A stretch of DNA of 41,841 nt from Candidatus Heimdallarchaeota archaeon (GTDB lineage Archaea; Asgardarchaeota; Heimdallarchaeia; Hodarchaeales; Hodarchaeaceae): assembly GCA_048881705.1 (NCBI GenBank), contig JBHLSH010000026.1, positions 1 to 41,841 on the forward strand, in the 5' to 3' direction. Below are positions 38,801-41,841 of the stretch, piece after piece; the first letter of the stretch is position 1, and every line of letters starts with the position of its first letter. A program made the translations under genes and the position numbers. Under the pieces are notes generated by a model, which saw nothing but the letters and a program-made list of their open reading frames with translations, was not told where the DNA came from and searched no databases.

Positions 38801-39630
38801 AGCAGGAAATTAGTTATTCTATTCCCTCTACTCTCTCTCCAGGGTATTATATTTATGAAATACTGGTATGGCTAGAGACTGAAAATACAGTGAATTACAG
38901 TTATATTGCATCGCATTCATCGCAAATTTTTGCGATACCTGATGCTGAGCCTAAACTCTCAGGTAACAGTAGAATAGGAGGTCGCTCGTTGGAGGTTTAC
39001 CAGAATATAGAAACCTTCTCAGATATTCCTGTTTGGGGCGCAGGGGATTCTATCGAGATATTTCTAGTTCCAGAAGATCTTGAGAGCGACGAATTTGTTA
39101 TTTGGGGACAGGTTCTGCATTATTATCTTTGGTTCGCGGATAGAACAGTCTTAGATTACTTTGAAATCCCCCAGTCAGATGCCAACAAAAGCGAGCATCT
39201 CGGAAACTACTCGGTGCCTATAAACGTGATTCCTGCCAAGGGAGAGCAGTTCGTGGTCGCAACCGCTGCTCAGGTTTTCATTCTATTGTTGTTTATTCGA
39301 GATAATACAGGGAACTACGGAATCGAAGTCATTTTCTTCACCATTAGGGCCACCCCCATTATCGATCCTGGGCTTTTGATAATTGTAAGTGGGGTGATAA
39401 TTGGTGCAGGGGTCTTCATATTTATTCTTCTGTCCAAGCGATCGCTCCGAAAATCTGGGTATAAATACCCATACGGTTACCCGCCATATGAATCCCCCAC
39501 AGATCCTACATCATCACGTTGGAGCGGTGATTTCAAATATTGCTTCAATTGTGGGAAACCAATTTCACCCTACGCACTCTTCTGTCCATCGTGCGGTAGT
39601 CATCTTAAACCAAAGTCTGATGAGGATTAA
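35890..39630 (+). CDS. Membrane-anchored S8 subtilase, Site-1-protease-like architecture, C-terminal TM plus zinc ribbon
   Basis: Triad ILD167TG, H206GTHVAG, GTS386MAAP; oxyanion SAGND; N-terminal signal/TM and prodomain; GATase-like region; TM at about 39370-39435; CFNCG...FCPSCG tail. Confidence 0.92.
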   Translation: [1246 protein letters not shown]

Positions 39631-39971
39631 ACCGCGAAACCGATGTTTAAGGGTTGTAAAAACTGGGCAACAATACGAGAGGTCTCCTTTTTGGATAAAG
39701 GTTGGGAACGTTTTATCCTGATATTCGGGAATGCTGGCCTCGTAACGCTATGTTATAAGAGGATTCACCCTGGGAGTCCAGATTTCATCTGGGGGACCAG
39801 GTTTCCAACGTTTCGATGACTGAATTCGTTGAAATTGAATTCCAGAATATTCTGAAAGCCGATTACATAATTCTATTGCTGATTACTTACGCCTTTAGCA
39901 AGTAGTCCATTTTCCTTTTCCTTCAAAGTTCTGCTATAATACAGCTTTTAAAGCCTGGAACGCAGGTTTGT

Positions 39972-40718
39972 TTGAATCCTACGGTATGGTTAATGAACGA
40001 ACTGGATCTTCTTCTACTCATTTTGAGACAGATTTGCCTCGGTAGCTTGATCTCAGGGTTTATTATCTTCTTCTTAACGCTCTTTATCCAAGGATCTCAC
40101 ATATTTGACCACGATTATGACTTAAATCATGATTTTGATCATGACCTGACAGTAGAATCAGACATTACTGCCGGTTTGGATAAGGATATCCATGTTGGGA
40201 TCGATAAGGATATTAACGTCGGTGTCGATAAGGACTTGGATCTTCATGATCATCAAATCGATGTTGATACTCCAGCCCCCCTCATGCTCATACTGGGCAC
40301 GTTTATGATAACCTTTGGGGGTACAGGTACGTTTCTTCTAAATAACTCGGTTGTAAATCCTCTCATTTCAATCTTAATAACCATTGTGTCACCTTTTCTA
40401 GTGACAATCGGAGTATCCAAGCTTTGGGCAAGAATCGCAGTTGAAGATACATATCAGACAGCATTAGAGACTGTAAAAGTTGATGATGAAGTGAAAACAT
40501 TGACCACCGTGGATACCCAAGGCGGCCTTGTTCGTGTTGAGACCCCATCAATCCATGGACCGATTAAACTGGCTGCAAAGACTCGATTCGGCGCAATCCC
40601 TAAAGATATGCCTGCTTATGTGGTAGAGGTTAAAGGAACTTTGTTGATTATTGATGAATGGCCTACACAGGATGGAAAAGAGAAATTAATTCCAGAGGGG
40701 AAGATAACATGGGAATGA
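39972..40718 (+). CDS. NfeD-like/YqiJ-YuaF-type flotillin partner with His/Asp-rich insert
   Basis: TM helices with FMITFGGTG, and a C-terminal OB-like region (GLVRV...LAAK...IPKD..AYVVEVKG..LII). Confidence 0.78.
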   Translation: MNPTVWLMNELDLLLLILRQICLGSLISGFIIFFLTLFIQGSHIFDHDYDLNHDFDHDLTVESDITAGLDKDIHVGIDKDINVGVDKDLDLHDHQIDVDTPAPLMLILGTFMITFGGTGTFLLNNSVVNPLISILITIVSPFLVTIGVSKLWARIAVEDTYQTALETVKVDDEVKTLTTVDTQGGLVRVETPSIHGPIKLAAKTRFGAIPKDMPAYVVEVKGTLLIIDEWPTQDGKEKLIPEGKITWE

Positions 40719-40789
40719 GAGTTCTGATTGAGAAATCCTCGGGTATTGATAGTAAATTCTTCCGAAATATGAAAACAGGTGGAAAATAA

Positions 40790-41841
40790 TTGAAAACAGA
40801 CTATTTCTTACAAGCAGATCTAGGATCTTTTCTCCTAGGAAACTTATGGCTAGTTTTTGTCTTTGGATTTGTACTTTTCTTGTTGTTCGTTCTTTTCTAT
40901 GTCTCTCGTTATCGGAAGTATAAAACCAATGAATATGTAATTCATTTCCGAGCTGGCAAAGTAAAAAGGGCTGGAACGGGTGGGACAGTCATCTTATGGC
41001 CTGTTATAGATGAGGTGGTTGTTATACCTACCACGGTACAGCAGACTCTTTTGGAAGCTCGTGAAAAAGTCGTTTCCTATGAGTACCAGGACGTTGCTAT
41101 AACAGCATTCGTCTATTGGCGGGTAACTAACCCTGAAGTTAGCTTTTCGAAGGTGAGTTGGAATCCCGTAAGGAGTGATTATGTAGAAAAAGCAATCAAG
41201 AACGCTACTGAGGCAATAATACGCACCACCTGTGCCAATATGCCTATTGAACAGATTATACGAAATAGGGCGGAGATTATCAAACAGGTTACGAGTGAAC
41301 TACATAATTTAGCTGGAGACTGGGGCATTACAGTAGAATCAGTGGAGATCAGAGACGTTGAGGTCGTTGATGAACGTTTAAAAGAGAATTTGGAAGCAGT
41401 CAAAAAAATCGCTGAAGCCCAAAATGCTCAACTTCGTCAAGCAGAAATGGAGGAACTAGTGCAGCTCCGAAATCTCGAGGTTAGGAGAAAGACCGGTGAA
41501 AGCGATCAGGTAGTTAAACTGACAATAGAGCAGAAAGCCAAGGATCGTGAAATTAAAATCGCACAATTAGAACAGCAGCGCGCCGTAATCGCAGCGGAAA
41601 CCGAACGCAAGCAAAAGCAGATTAACGCAGAAGCTGAAAAATACCTTCGAGTAACCCAAGAAGTAGGGGTTGAAGCAGAACGGATTCGACAGCAGGCCAT
41701 TGCACGCAAGGATCAATTACTTGCAGAAGCTGAAGGTGAGGCCGAAAAGATTCGAAAGACACAGATTGCCTTGGCTGAAGGAATTCTTGAACAATCAAAG
41801 GCTTTGAGTCAATCAGATGGTAAATACATTCAGTTAAAGAC
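40790..41841 (+). CDS. SPFH/flotillin-like protein, truncated by the right window edge
   Basis: Not in the ORF track. TTG 40790 follows AGGTGG. Translation: MKTDYF...TM...RYRKYKTNEYVIHFRAGKV...WPVIDE...VYWRVTNP...IRTTCANMPIEQIIRNR...WGITVESVEIRDV, then an AE-rich coiled coil open to the end. Confidence 0.92.
   Translation, partial: MKTDYFLQADLGSFLLGNLWLVFVFGFVLFLLFVLFYVSRYRKYKTNEYVIHFRAGKVKRAGTGGTVILWPVIDEVVVIPTTVQQTLLEAREKVVSYEYQDVAITAFVYWRVTNPEVSFSKVSWNPVRSDYVEKAIKNATEAIIRTTCANMPIEQIIRNRAEIIKQVTSELHNLAGDWGITVESVEIRDVEVVDERLKENLEAVKKIAEAQNAQLRQAEMEELVQLRNLEVRRKTGESDQVVKLTIEQKAKDREIKIAQLEQQRAVIAAETERKQKQINAEAEKYLRVTQEVGVEAERIRQQAIARKDQLLAEAEGEAEKIRKTQIALAEGILEQSKALSQSDGKYIQLK

Noticed and set aside
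4013-41709. Numerous short overlapping or antisense ORFs in the track (e.g. 4197-4682, 8627-8947, 11267-11659, 15575-16018, 37023-37454, 41179-41403, 41506-41709)
   Set aside because: They are shadows of well-supported genes on the other strand or frame.

Overview
About 42 kb of gene-dense archaeal chromosome, most likely Asgard (Heimdallarchaeia/Hodarchaeales-like). That lineage call is an inference from the Rab-like GTPase, Roadblock/LC7 protein, zinc-ribbon membrane proteins, frequent TTG/GTG starts, AGGTGA-type RBSs and oligo-T terminators. I support about 35 CDSs, two of them missing from the ORF track because they run off the window: a membrane dipeptidase at the left end and a flotillin/SPFH protein at the right end. 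I found no rRNA, tRNA, CRISPR array, transposase or integrase. The best candidate for an undescribed system is a 1246-aa membrane-anchored subtilase (35890-39630). Its post-catalytic Ig-like and GATase-like regions look colinear with eukaryotic Site-1 protease (MBTPS1/SKI-1), it has a zinc-ribbon tail after the TM helix, and it lies just upstream of an NfeD-flotillin pair. Several intact genes lack canonical catalytic residues (thiolase Cys, LarE PP-loop, CinA/PncC Ser, Mrr-like ExK, DUF116 Cys cluster). Also notable are a PhnN-like kinase whose P-loop has no canonical in-frame start, a 24-repeat Ca-binding surface protein, and an AAA+/nuclease-fold/wHTH ATPase. All family assignments come from motif recognition by eye and remembered family consensus; no searches were run.
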